A stretch of 64,000 nt of DNA from Phallusia mammillata (lineage: Eukaryota): assembly GCA_965637545.1 (NCBI GenBank), contig OZ281494.1, positions 16,740,001-16,804,000 of the forward strand, in the 5' to 3' direction. Below, piece by piece: positions 43,501 through 55,500 of the stretch. The notes under the pieces are model-generated. The model was not told the DNA's origin and did not search any database. It worked only from the letters and a program-made list of their open reading frames with translations. The position numbers and the translations under genes are program-made. Within the stretch, counting starts at the first letter, position 1; the number at the start of each line of letters is the position of its first letter.

Positions 43501-46500
43501 TTCATCACGTAACAATGGGTTGATCAACTTGTGTTTTATAGGGATTAATTATTGCATCACAATGATTAGATTGTGACATGAGGTATCAAGCTGTACTGCA
43601 AAACATTAGCAAAGGTTGCGAACTAGAAAAAAGTCCATTATTTTTTGGTAATAATTTTAACGCCAATAAATTAAATTTATAGCGACCCCAGAAAAAATTT
43701 AGGCGACCCCACTTGGGGTCGCGACCCACAGGTTGAAGACCACTGCTCTACATGATCCTTTTCGTTAACATACAAACAGTAACATATAAAACACAAATAC
43801 AAGGATCGTTTCTAAACAACTTTTCGGCGCATTCAGGCGAAAATTGCAAGCAAACGTCAACAAATGGAACGATTGTGACGACAAGATGAATGACGTAATC
43901 GCCTGGCTGATCGAAACAAAAGCAGCGACATCAGAAAAATTGCCCACTGCAATCGAAGATCTTCATGCGGAGGCGATAAAATGCCGAGACAGGGAAATCG
44001 TTTTCGAAATGAACCCTGATAAGTTGAAGTAAATATCAGTGTTTTGTTTTTGGCTTCAGGCGGTTGCATTAAAATAATGACTCTGAGCAGCACTGTAAAG
44101 TGAATACAGATTTTTACATAACATTTTGATTCTTGCAGATCGACTGAAAAACTTGTCCAGGGTCTAGTCGACCATGTGTCACGTGACGACATGTCACTTC
44201 AACGTGAAAGGCTTTCATTGGTCCGCGCATTGTGGCATGACGTGCGTAGTCGCCTGGAACAAAGAAGACGTTGCATTGAAACAAGGTCAGTATTGGAAAA
44301 ACAATTAGGTAGGGAGTAATTATCTGCTTCATCAACGCTAGAATAATTTTGGCATTCAAACTTACACAAAAATCGCAATATCGTAAATAAAAGCACAGCC
44401 TGATTAAGTTTAAAAGTTGACGAGTGCCATTACTTCATAGTTGTTTTAGTTCACAATAACCCAACTAAGCTGGCTCCTTAAACTGCAAGACTTTCGTTTG
44501 AATGTAAGCAAGCGACTTCTGGTCAACACTGCGCTTTTTTTTAAATTCGTTAAAAAAATCTCGCACATGTTGCTTATGAGAACAACTTAATTTGTCTGTA
44601 AAACTAAACAACTCAAGATAGATTCATAGTCCACTGTAAACGAAAGTTCTTTCAAGCGAAATCTAGTGAAGCTACGATTGTTATTTTTTCTGAACTTAAA
44701 TATTTGTTTGTGTATATTTATTACCAGACTTGGCGACTGGAACGATTTCGATGCGAAATACCGAAACTTGTGTGCGTGGTTGAATGACATGGAACGTAAG
44801 GTGGCGCACGCGAGTGATGCCGATGCTGAACAATTTCTTGAAAAACTGCACAAGGTGTGTGAAAAAATTTGCTATTCTTAATATCGAACGTTTTCATAAT
44901 GTTTCGCCCAGGTTTTTCATCACAAACCTTGCAACCAAAACAACTATCAATTTATTTAAAACAGGATTATTTGACGGGATCGGACGGTGAGGGTGACAGA
45001 CGGGCAGAACTTGCACTGCTTGCCGATCGTTTGGCGCCATCCAGCGATAAAAAAGAGATGGAGAAGAAGCTTGGAAAAATCAACGACCGGTGGCAACATT
45101 TGGAGGAACTCGTTCGTGCCAGGTATGAGTCGCAAATATGTATCACTCTCATTAGCTTTAATTAAAGTATATTCCTAATTGGAAATTTCCATGTCGATGG
45201 ATAAGCATTTTGCGGAGTTACCTGTTGTTATGTAGCTTGTTTTAATTTGGTGCATTTATTCACTGTTACACTGAAAACCAAGGCAAACCAAAAATGAGGC
45301 CAGTTGTGCTATTCGTTTCGTAAAGTCTTTAAAAGATTTTAAAAGGCTACAAAAATCTTTTGTTCACTATTTTTCCACCTAGTTAGCGCGTATCGAATCA
45401 CGCAAGTTGAATGAATTGACCGGCGAAAATCAACCGTGGTGAAAAATAGCGATAATTTAGTCAAGCGTGTTACGTTGTTTGCCTCGGGCTGTTACGCTTC
45501 GCGGGTTTTGCCTTTTCAGTCGTAACTAAATGCTGGATTCTACACTTTTTTTCCATTTTTCATACATCCGGTCGTTTGTTTTCGGTTTGTTAATGACTTA
45601 TGGTAGGTTCAACAGAAACAGACAGTGCACGTATGTTTAAGATATCTATCAGCAGTTGTCAGCACGTAAAGCAATGTACTGATACAGCAAGACGATCTGT
45701 TGATAAACCACAACTTTAAATGCAACTACTGCAAACTGAAATCATGGTTAGGTACAGGTAACTCTGGGAGGATTACTAAAATTCCATTGAAGTTTAGTAG
45801 TTATTTTTACCAAAATATGATGCTGAACGAAAGTTATAGCTTCTTAACATGATGTGACAGTTGTATTCATTAACCCTGAACTTTTATGACACTAAGACGT
45901 TCAATAACAGCAATTAAAGGAAAATAAGGCGCTCGATCTGCCAGAGCATTTGAACATTTCGAGTTTTAATTTTAATTTAAGTAATACGTATCCGTATACG
46001 GAAACAACAGTCTAATACAACAGTCTAATGTATGAGCACGGATGTGGGGGGAAATAAGCCAGAAAGAGTACTATTCGATCCCAATATTTTGGTGAAACTC
46101 AATAGTTCAATAAAGGCAAAATAGTTGGTGCTGCGGAAAAAGTATGGATGAAATATTAAATCGTGTCAGAACAATGGCACATGTGCAGTGCGAAAACTTG
46201 GACGATAAAATGGCCGTTTATTCAAACTGGTCCGAAAGCTACGAAGAAGATGTATTCGCACTGAAGTACACCGCCCCGCATCAAGCTGTCAAAATGCTTT
46301 ACGACGTCATAGACAATTATAAACTCGACGAAAACTGTGACATTATAGATTTTGCTGCGGGTACCGGATTGGTGGGTAAATGTCTTCGAGAGAGGGGATT
46401 CACCGGTTCGGTGGACGGACAAGACGGCTGTGACGCAATGCTAAGACGTGCCAAGCAATATCGGAACACATTCTGCTGTATTTTAGAGCCGGGTGCTAAA

Positions 46501-49500
46501 CTGCCAGCCGAACTTACATCAAACTCTTACGATGTTGCGACAATATCTGGGGCTTTAAGTCCTTCACAGGTCGACGTGGATTGCATACCAATAATAATCG
46601 GTGCCGTGAGACCGGGTGGTTACATTGTTCTCACGACCAGACTTAACCCTTCTAATCTGCAGTACGTGGAAAGACTGGAAAGCGAAATGAAAAGATTGGA
46701 ACTCGAAGGCGTTTGGGTTTCCCTATCCAAACGGCGTATTGAGGAGTTTGAACTTGCCACTGACGATTCCGAAAAAGTAAACGATTCAAAATACATACCA
46801 GGAGTGGTATACTGTTTCCAAAAACTGTAAAAGATTGTTTTTACACTTTATTTTGTGATGTCGTACTTAGGTTGGTGTTTTTGTGTTTCACTACCCATTT
46901 CATGAAAGTAAATGTTTTGACATTTTCGCATTTGTTTTATGCGTTTGTTAAAAAAAGATGTGAGGTGCATTAAATGTTGGTTTTGAAGAGTATACGATTT
47001 TGTACCGTATTTTGTGAAATATACACCAAGGTGTTTGACGTTACGATCTCAAATAACCTGTTACAAAAACTTTCAGCTGATAAACTTTAGTTGGTTGATA
47101 TTGTTTCCACAACAAACTACACTCAACAACATCTGTAAAATGTGCAAATCGTTTGGAAAACAACTAACACCCTGTTATTCATTTTTTAACACATATTCCT
47201 ATTATTGACCACTGGTGTCGCTCGGGAGCAAAGGGTGTATTTTTTCTTGCTCTCAGATATCGAACGCTGTTCTTCCTCACGCATGTCTAATTAAATGAAC
47301 ATGGTTGAGGCTGTTTACACAGGAAGTATAACAAGTACCTATACAAGTCTAACAAGGCGTGCATAGCGTTACGACGCCACGCGGAGACTGGACACTTAAA
47401 AGTAATGCGTGTCTTAGGGCAACCAGCTTGTCTACAACGTATAACACACCTAAATTTTGCAGTCAGTCAAGAACCGCATCTTACAACCTAAATTACATTT
47501 AAGGTACATATCAAAACGCTTGTTTAATACTGTTTTTAGCAACCGTGACTATAACATAGGATCAAAATAGGGGTGTGGGTCAGTTTAATCAAACCTTTTT
47601 ATTCAAGTTCGTTTTAATTTTTTCAAAAACTGCGTCTGGTTGACCGCATAAATTTCAGTCGAAAAGCCGCTTTTGTCGTCAAAGTAGCCAATCAGTTGAA
47701 GGCACGTTGAAATAAAGGCAACAGCCAATGTCAGGTTAAAAGGAATTTGTGGTTACTACGTTTACACAACAAGTGTAAATTCCTTGCCTGGATAAACTTT
47801 TGGAGAGGATAAGATTAGCAGAATCCCTGAGGCGAAGTGCGTTAATATTCTGAAACTTGTGTTTATGAAGGTGGATGAAATTTTAGGCTTCAAACTGTTG
47901 TAATCTTAACAATTTGTTGACAATTTTGGTAAAACTATCCAATTGTTTAATATTGATAAGGTGAGTGGCTAAAGTTTTATTGCAAATGTATGTTTACAAT
48001 AAAACAACAATGTATATGTTGCAAATTTCAGTCGTTTTCTTTGCTAGGACTGGTACACAAGTATTTACAAATACAAACTACCGTTCAACTTGTTTATGTT
48101 GTAACGTGAACGAAATGTTTGCAGTATGCTGTACATGATTTCGGATGTGTGTAAAACTTGTACGGCAATGTGAACACGCTGTTGTTTGTGACTCAGTCGT
48201 GTATGACGCGGCGGTTGAGAATTCCAATGCGAGGTTACTACAGTTCGAATTACGTAATTCCAAAACGAGCGCATCCAGTTTGAAATTTGCGCGGGAAACC
48301 TGACTATCTTTTAGGACATTACTTTTGCATTGTGTAGGTATAAAACGTGTTGTGTGTGCAAATTTAGTGGATAAACCGTACTAATGGTTTTAAGTTTTCG
48401 TAATAAATTTCTGCCCTTAAACAATTGTGAAGGAATATTGGTCACTGATTGGGGTTTCTGGTATTCACATGTTATATATTTGTGGTCAAAATTTACAGTT
48501 CAGAAAAATTGTAAAAACAAATCGTTTTTGTCACAAAAAAAAACACAAACTCGTGTAAACCTTCGCCGGGTTCGCCCCCAATCATTTATTTCTGCTTCAA
48601 TTGTTTGTCCATGGCCCACTGTTTGGATACGACTAAATTAGGGAAAAATCGTATGCTTTTTTTGCTCCTGTATCCCCATTAACTGGTTTACCGGAAGTCA
48701 GTGTTGTGCTGATTTAATGATGTATGACTCAAAACAGGCCACGTTGCGCGATAAATAATTCAGGCACGAGCTTGCTAATGTCGGAATCTGCATTGATCGA
48801 AACATTTTGGGTCTTCCTGTGTTACGTTACGCCCGATTATATCGTAAAGACAGCCCTATAGGTGTAATAAGGTTAGCTTGGACGCGGCCTGTAGGTCAAC
48901 CCTTACGTACCAAGCTTTTGACATATCACTCATACCAAACTTACATACTACCTCTTGAATTTTACCTGTTTTCAAATTTACATTTTTATTTTACTGCAGA
49001 GGCAAAAAGTTGAAAGAGACGATAGCAGCCGTTGCTCAACTCGATACAAGCATGACCGACCTTCGCGATTGGCTCAAGTTGATTGAGGGCAACTTGTCGG
49101 AACCGGTTGTTCATCAAAACTGTTCAGACGACGATGTGAGATCGAGGCTAAAAGAGCAAAAGGTAATTGCTTTTTGCTGTCTAGCTGTGTAAGCGGGTGT
49201 GAGGATTAACTGGTAAATAGGTAGGATAAAAAGCTAACTGAAATCATGTTAGGCTTATCCGATGTGACAACAACTCAAACTGTTTGGGCAGTTCAGTAAG
49301 ATATGCGATTAGCAACTTTTCCAGTTAACAGACGTTGATGCAAAACGGATGTACACTCGAACAAAAAAACGGATTATAACTTTCAGTTGTTATCTTTCAT
49401 ATATAATAGGCTACTTTTTGTCCCAAATAATGTATGTTTTATTTAGGGTTTAGCACAGTTAGACTGTAACTTATCTGTTTAGTTGCATTCTAAACAGCAA

Positions 49501-52500
49501 ATGTTTCAATTGGTTGCATGCATTCGCACTTGACATGTTTAGTTTTGAGCCAAGAGCGGACGAACAAAAAGAAAAAGCTGACAGTTATCGACTGCCTGCT
49601 GTTGCGCGATAAGCAAGATAAAACTGCTTTTGGCGCGAGGCGTTCGTTGCTGGAGTGATGGTGCGAGAAAAAGGCGCCAGTCTCTATAGCGGACAGCACA
49701 TGAGAAGACGCCGATGCCGGCAGTCGTGTTTTATAATGTTGTAAACCGCAGTTATATTTATTTTGTCTAAAGATTCAGATACAGAGTTACAGATAGTTTA
49801 GACTCGAGTTACATCTTTGACTTAAGTATAGCTTACAGGTATAGCAAGGCTCATTTTTATGTTGTATTGATCGCCAGTCTGTTACTGCTTTCGCTTGTTT
49901 AAATTTGGTATTGCGGCTAGATTATCGCTGTACATAACCCGGCTAAGGTCGGCACATGTACCTTGTGATACAGCTTTGAAGGTCGCCACTGTGTACAAAG
50001 TCTCAACAAGTTAGAACTCGTTCCTTTTTGTGTTAATCATATCGCTTTTCGTTTTTAGTTAAGTTACACTAAGGCGCTTTTGCGCTATAACAAAACACGC
50101 TAAACAAAGCGAATTAAGCCAAATTGTGGTTATTATTCTGTCTGGTAACGAAATGTAAGTCTTAATTAGAGCACTGTGCAAACATGTAACCCTTGCTGAC
50201 CAAGCCTATGCTTACAGTAAAGTTATATTTCGAGTTTATATTTGTCACGATCCTCATTGAATGTTTGAAATCGTTTAGGCTTGGCGCACGGGCACGACTA
50301 ATGATTGCAACGATCAACTCGACCACTGGCCGTTCTGTGTTATTTTAAACGTGAAACTGCGCGCCCTAACACGCTCTGTTGGGTACAGGTCGGTGTGTTG
50401 CAAAGCACAACACCAAGTTGTTGGTCTCTCATTTAAAGGCGCTGTAAAAAGTGAAGTAGGAAAACCTTGTTTGTTGCCACGTTACATGGCTTGCCTTTAG
50501 TTGCTGCGACAGCTTGGACCTGGACATAACGTTAGTAGTTTATACGCCGCAATTTTCCTTCTTTCTCAAATATCGTTTATGCTCAAGGAATTTTGTTTTG
50601 GTCAAACAGCGGGGTGTGGTGTAGAGTTGCGCTTCCAAAAACTGCCCAGTAGCTTTCGACTTCTTGGCTGCGTTGTTGTTTTGCAGACCTAATTACCAAG
50701 CACTTGATATCTGGCCTGCGCAACGCCAGTGATGGCCTGTGATTTAATCCCTTGAGAGACACGCGCGTTTTGCTCCATGTCTTAACTGGGGTCCGATGGG
50801 AAACCAAACAGGCGCTCTATCCACTGTGTGATTTTGTTAGGCCCTTCAAGCACTTATAGTGTTTGTTTATTAATTAAATTCCAGTCTGACCCGCAATGGT
50901 AGCTCCTATGGTTTGGTTCGATACAATTTTAACACCCTGCAGCTGCCTATGTAGCGAATGCATATTGTTTGACCTATCACTGATAAGCGAATCGCGCATA
51001 TATGTAATCTGAACTATATCCCACCCTAATGTTAACTCTGTGATCACTGGTAATTTCCAAGCTGATCATTATACCATTTATCACTAGTGGTTAAAACTTT
51101 TTGTCAAAAAATCGAGTGTCATATATAGGTTGAGACATTTAATTATATGGTCCCTTGAGAGATGTAAGTCACTGTAGTGAAGCAGTTCGTGCATTTGTAA
51201 CCACCATGGGACTTGTATATCGGTTTGTAAGTGGGATAGGGCTGACCCAAAATTTACACTGCTTTATGTCGTGTTTGCTAACCCGTCATTGTGCTGCATT
51301 ATAACAGTGCTGAAATATGACTGCATGTCAACTGATTTTGCAAACACCACTCAAAATGTGCTATTTCAAACAACGAACGCTTCAAGGCCTAATCATACAT
51401 TTCGGTCGCATGTCATCGATTAGCAGTCAGTGGGTCGTGGTTGCAAAATGAGGTTTACAAGAACACGAAATCACGTTGGTCATAACTAGTTGAGCGCGCG
51501 TATACTTTGCATTGCACAGTCATCAACCACGTGACATTACGATCAGCCCATCGCTGAACAAGCAGTCAAATCACGCTTGGTCTTTTAAACAGCATAACGA
51601 CATCGACTTCCGTTCATATTAACTCTATTGTATAGGAAGCTCTATCTGGTTTAGGTGCAGGTTTCGTATGTGTGCGCTGTTAGATGTTATTTGTCTTTTG
51701 TTTCCTCAGTCAAATTGACGATTGCCTTTCGGTTTCTAGCATCATGTTAATAACGACTAAGTCTTTGCGAATTTGAACTACGTGTCTTCATGTGTGTCCA
51801 AATAGAATCAACACCTTAGTCCCAGTTTGTGGAAAGAGACTTTTAACCACGCAAATCCAGGCACTGCGCACACTTCAGCTGCAGCCGCATATTTCCTTTG
51901 AAAATCCGCACTTGTGGCCTTGAGTGCTTCGAAGGAAAGAAAGGATATTGCCTTGGCTCTTGATAGCCTTGAGCTATCGCCAAAAGAATGCGACTGTTTT
52001 CACGCCACTTTCTCGCTTTAACGTAGCTTTATCACAGACATAAATCAGGCGGCAAGGAGGTTTAGATTTTAGGTCGCAGTTACTCTGCAAATGCGTCGGG
52101 TACGTCATTTCCGTTATGTGATGCATGGATGCGTCGAGACAGACAGCGAGGTTTTGTTTATGTAGTAGTAATGGGACAAGGCACAGTGCAGCACAAGTTT
52201 TGTCCCACCATTTAAGTGAAAAAAATGTTATTGCGCATGGTTTGCAATACGCATTTCTTTTTACCACGTTTGTGTTAGTAGCATCAGTTGGTCATTGTTA
52301 GGTTTGTGGTAAGTGCTAGCTTTAGGTCTACGCAGCATCAAGTAGCAATAGATGAACATTTGAGTGTTTAAGGTTGCCGTGAGTAGTTAAATTAATTGCC
52401 TAACATTAAAGATACTAGAACCAACACTAATAAGTTGTAAATGTGCTTTTATGCATAGCCAGACAGTGTTGCTTAATACAATCATAATAGCCATGTTTAG

Positions 52501-55500
52501 TCCTGAATATTTCGCCAAACAGTCAGCATACGTTGAATCGCTGCACAATGCTCTTGAAGTTGCATTGAACGGCTCGTGCGAGCTTGCCAACGAACCCAAC
52601 GCAAGACTGAAGATATGCAATGATTGTCAAAAACCTCAACTGTTCTACTCCGAATCGGCGCCAAATTCACCTTGTGCAATCAAGCGTCACCTCGATTTCG
52701 ACGAGCCTAAAGTGTCGACCGAGTCACCGGAGCGTGACAAAGGCACTTACGTCACGGCAGTTATGAACACTTTGATCAATACCCGCTCTCCGAACTCGAG
52801 TTACAACGAGAGTTTGTTGAATGAGTCGTCGAGATCAGATCGACAGGAATCGCCTATTTCGCACAAACAGTTCTTTCTCCACAGACGGCCGTCTATGCGA
52901 GCGGAAAACTCAAGGTCAAAGGGGTCACCTGCAAAATACTTTAGGCGGAGTTTGCGTTTGCAAAGAAACACAGTGCCTTTGGTTGAAAGCCCTAATTCCT
53001 CTAACAATGCGACTGAAACTCCACAGAGTACGTCAGATCCGGTACAAACAGACGTATTGAGCGGTGTTTCGCCGCTTGTGGATAATATTACACCGTGTAA
53101 TAAAGCCGACGGGCCGGGAAAAATTACAAGAAACAGTACTCTTGTAAAAAGGGATGCTCCAAATGGCAGTAATCCACAAACTAACAGTTCAGGAGTGCGC
53201 AAAGACTGCACCTCAAAACAAGATATTTACTACACTCTATCACCCCTGTTGCTGGACGAGACTGCAGACAAAGTAAAACCGGATTTTGATTCGCTCCATG
53301 CAAAGTCTAAGGACAAAACAGATTTTGTTGACACGCCTTGTGCAAAGCCAATGGAAGGAGTGTGCGAGTACGAAGGCAAAACTGCAGATCCAAGCGAAAG
53401 CGACAGCTGCAGTGAATCGTCATCAAGCGCAACATCAACATCTGGTGGCCGTCCCGAGTATTTTGCGGTGATCAAAAAGGGCGACCCCAAACGGAAACGC
53501 GACAAGAGTCGGGATCGTTCCATGTCGTTTGGTACTTCGTTTGGTCGTCATAGCAACTCGTTTCATAGCACGCATGCGCAAGTTATGTCTGTTCTGGGCG
53601 ACAGGACAAATATACCATCTGACTCTAACCAAGAAAAGCCCATGGAACAAACCAATAAAACCATATCAAGTTCCGTTAAATCAACCAGTATAAACCAGGT
53701 TGCAAATTTACACATCGAAGCAACTAGGAATCTTACTGAGACGCCTACAACCCCGAAATTGCCACCGCCTGAAACTCCAAACATTGGCTACGCATCACAA
53801 ATGACTACACCAGGACACGAGCCTGGCCTTCTTTCATTCTCCAACGTTTTCGAACTGGGTGATGTCAGTGGTTTTGACCTCACTGATTCCTACGTCGAAG
53901 AGACAGATTTCATGAAGGACGGTTACTGTCAGTGTAGTTATTGCAATCGTAACGAAGATATTTTTACCTCAACCCAACTAAAAGACTGGAGCCATGAAGA
54001 TGCGCTACATGAAGCAACTCACTGCAGTCGCCATAAACCAAGAGGGCGTGAGTTCGACACGCCACTTACCCGGGCTGATCTGCAATCCCCTCAGCCTATT
54101 GAAAAAAAGCCATATAAGCGAAGTCCGGAATATCAAGTTATCATGGATTTATTTTGTCAGTGCAGAAAACAAGCTGATATCGACCACGAGGTTGCTTTTA
54201 GGATCCAATAGATATTACATATATTTAGTTTATGTATAGCTAGTTTTGTTTTGTTTAATGAAAATAATAGTATACAAATACAATCTTACAAACCTCCGCG
54301 CGTGAATGCGTAGATACAAGCCTTGATCAATCGCAACCAACCTGACAAGTATTTTAATGTGCTTCTTTTTTTCAGGCTCTTCAGCTGGACATTGAGAAAC
54401 ACAGCACTGGAGTTGCCTCGGTTCTTAATCTTTGCGAAGTTCTCCTACACGACGGAGATGCTTGTGCCACAGAAACTGAACGTCAATCAATAGAGGAAGC
54501 CACGAAGAGTTTGGATAGACGATGGAGAAACATCTGTGCTCTGTCCATGGAACGGAGATTGAAGTAAGTAAATTTGTTGTAGTGTGGTGAAATAAAGCAA
54601 GGAAAATAATGCCAAAAAGCAGTGGCCTCGTCAGTTAATATCGTGTGTATGACAAAAGCAATGTAGGTCCAATGCAAAATAATGTACAAATCAAATACGT
54701 TTGCTTACTGTGCACAGAAAAAATCATAAACATTCGTTTCTGTACATCGTGCTTTTTTATTTACAGGATTGAGGACACACAAAGGTTGTGGCAGAAATTC
54801 CTCTCCGACTTTGCTCGCTTTGGTGAATGGCTTCATGAATGCGAATTGACGTCAGCAAATCCCAATACGTTATGTGTGGCGTACAAAGTCGCAAGAGAAG
54901 AACTTAGGACATTCGAAGTGAGTTTTTCCGTTTTTTGCGTTAAAAAAGTCTATTTTATCTTTGCTAGTCGCTATTTCAAAAAGATTGCGCCTACCAAGGC
55001 TTAATAGCTAACAAACTTTCGACCTTCTAGGCTTTCCAGAGAAAAGTACACGAGGGTTTGACTCAGTTGGAATTGATCAACAAACAATACAGAAGACTGG
55101 CGCGCGAAAATCGAACAGACACAAGCAACAAACTTAAACAACTTGTGAGTCCGAAATTGTCGCAATATTGTTTATTCCAACAGAGTAGCTTGCAATATTC
55201 TTACTTTAACCACCGCAACAATGCCCATATCTTTTAGACTTTTTTCGAAGCAATAAAACTTTAAATTAATCTTGTGTGACTTTTGCAGTTCCATGGATAT
55301 ATCGGTAAGCATCATCACAATGAAAATCACGCGATTTTTAATTATGCCCGGCGCCTCATGCAAACGACAATGTCCTGACATTAATTAATGGATCAGTTTG
55401 ATGTTTTCTTGTATGGCGACATTGCCGTTTATATCGTATTATTTCATATCTTTGAAACTCTTTTCTAACAAGTCTAAACTGTTGTTTATGTAGGTTCACG

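Noticed and set aside
52801-53784. Several minus-strand ORFs (136, 97, 71, 73 aa)
   Set aside because: Antisense shadows of the long plus-strand ORF.
55099-55110. E2F-like GGCGCGCGAAAA
   Set aside because: It lies in the conserved coding sequence LARENR, so it is explained by protein constraint.
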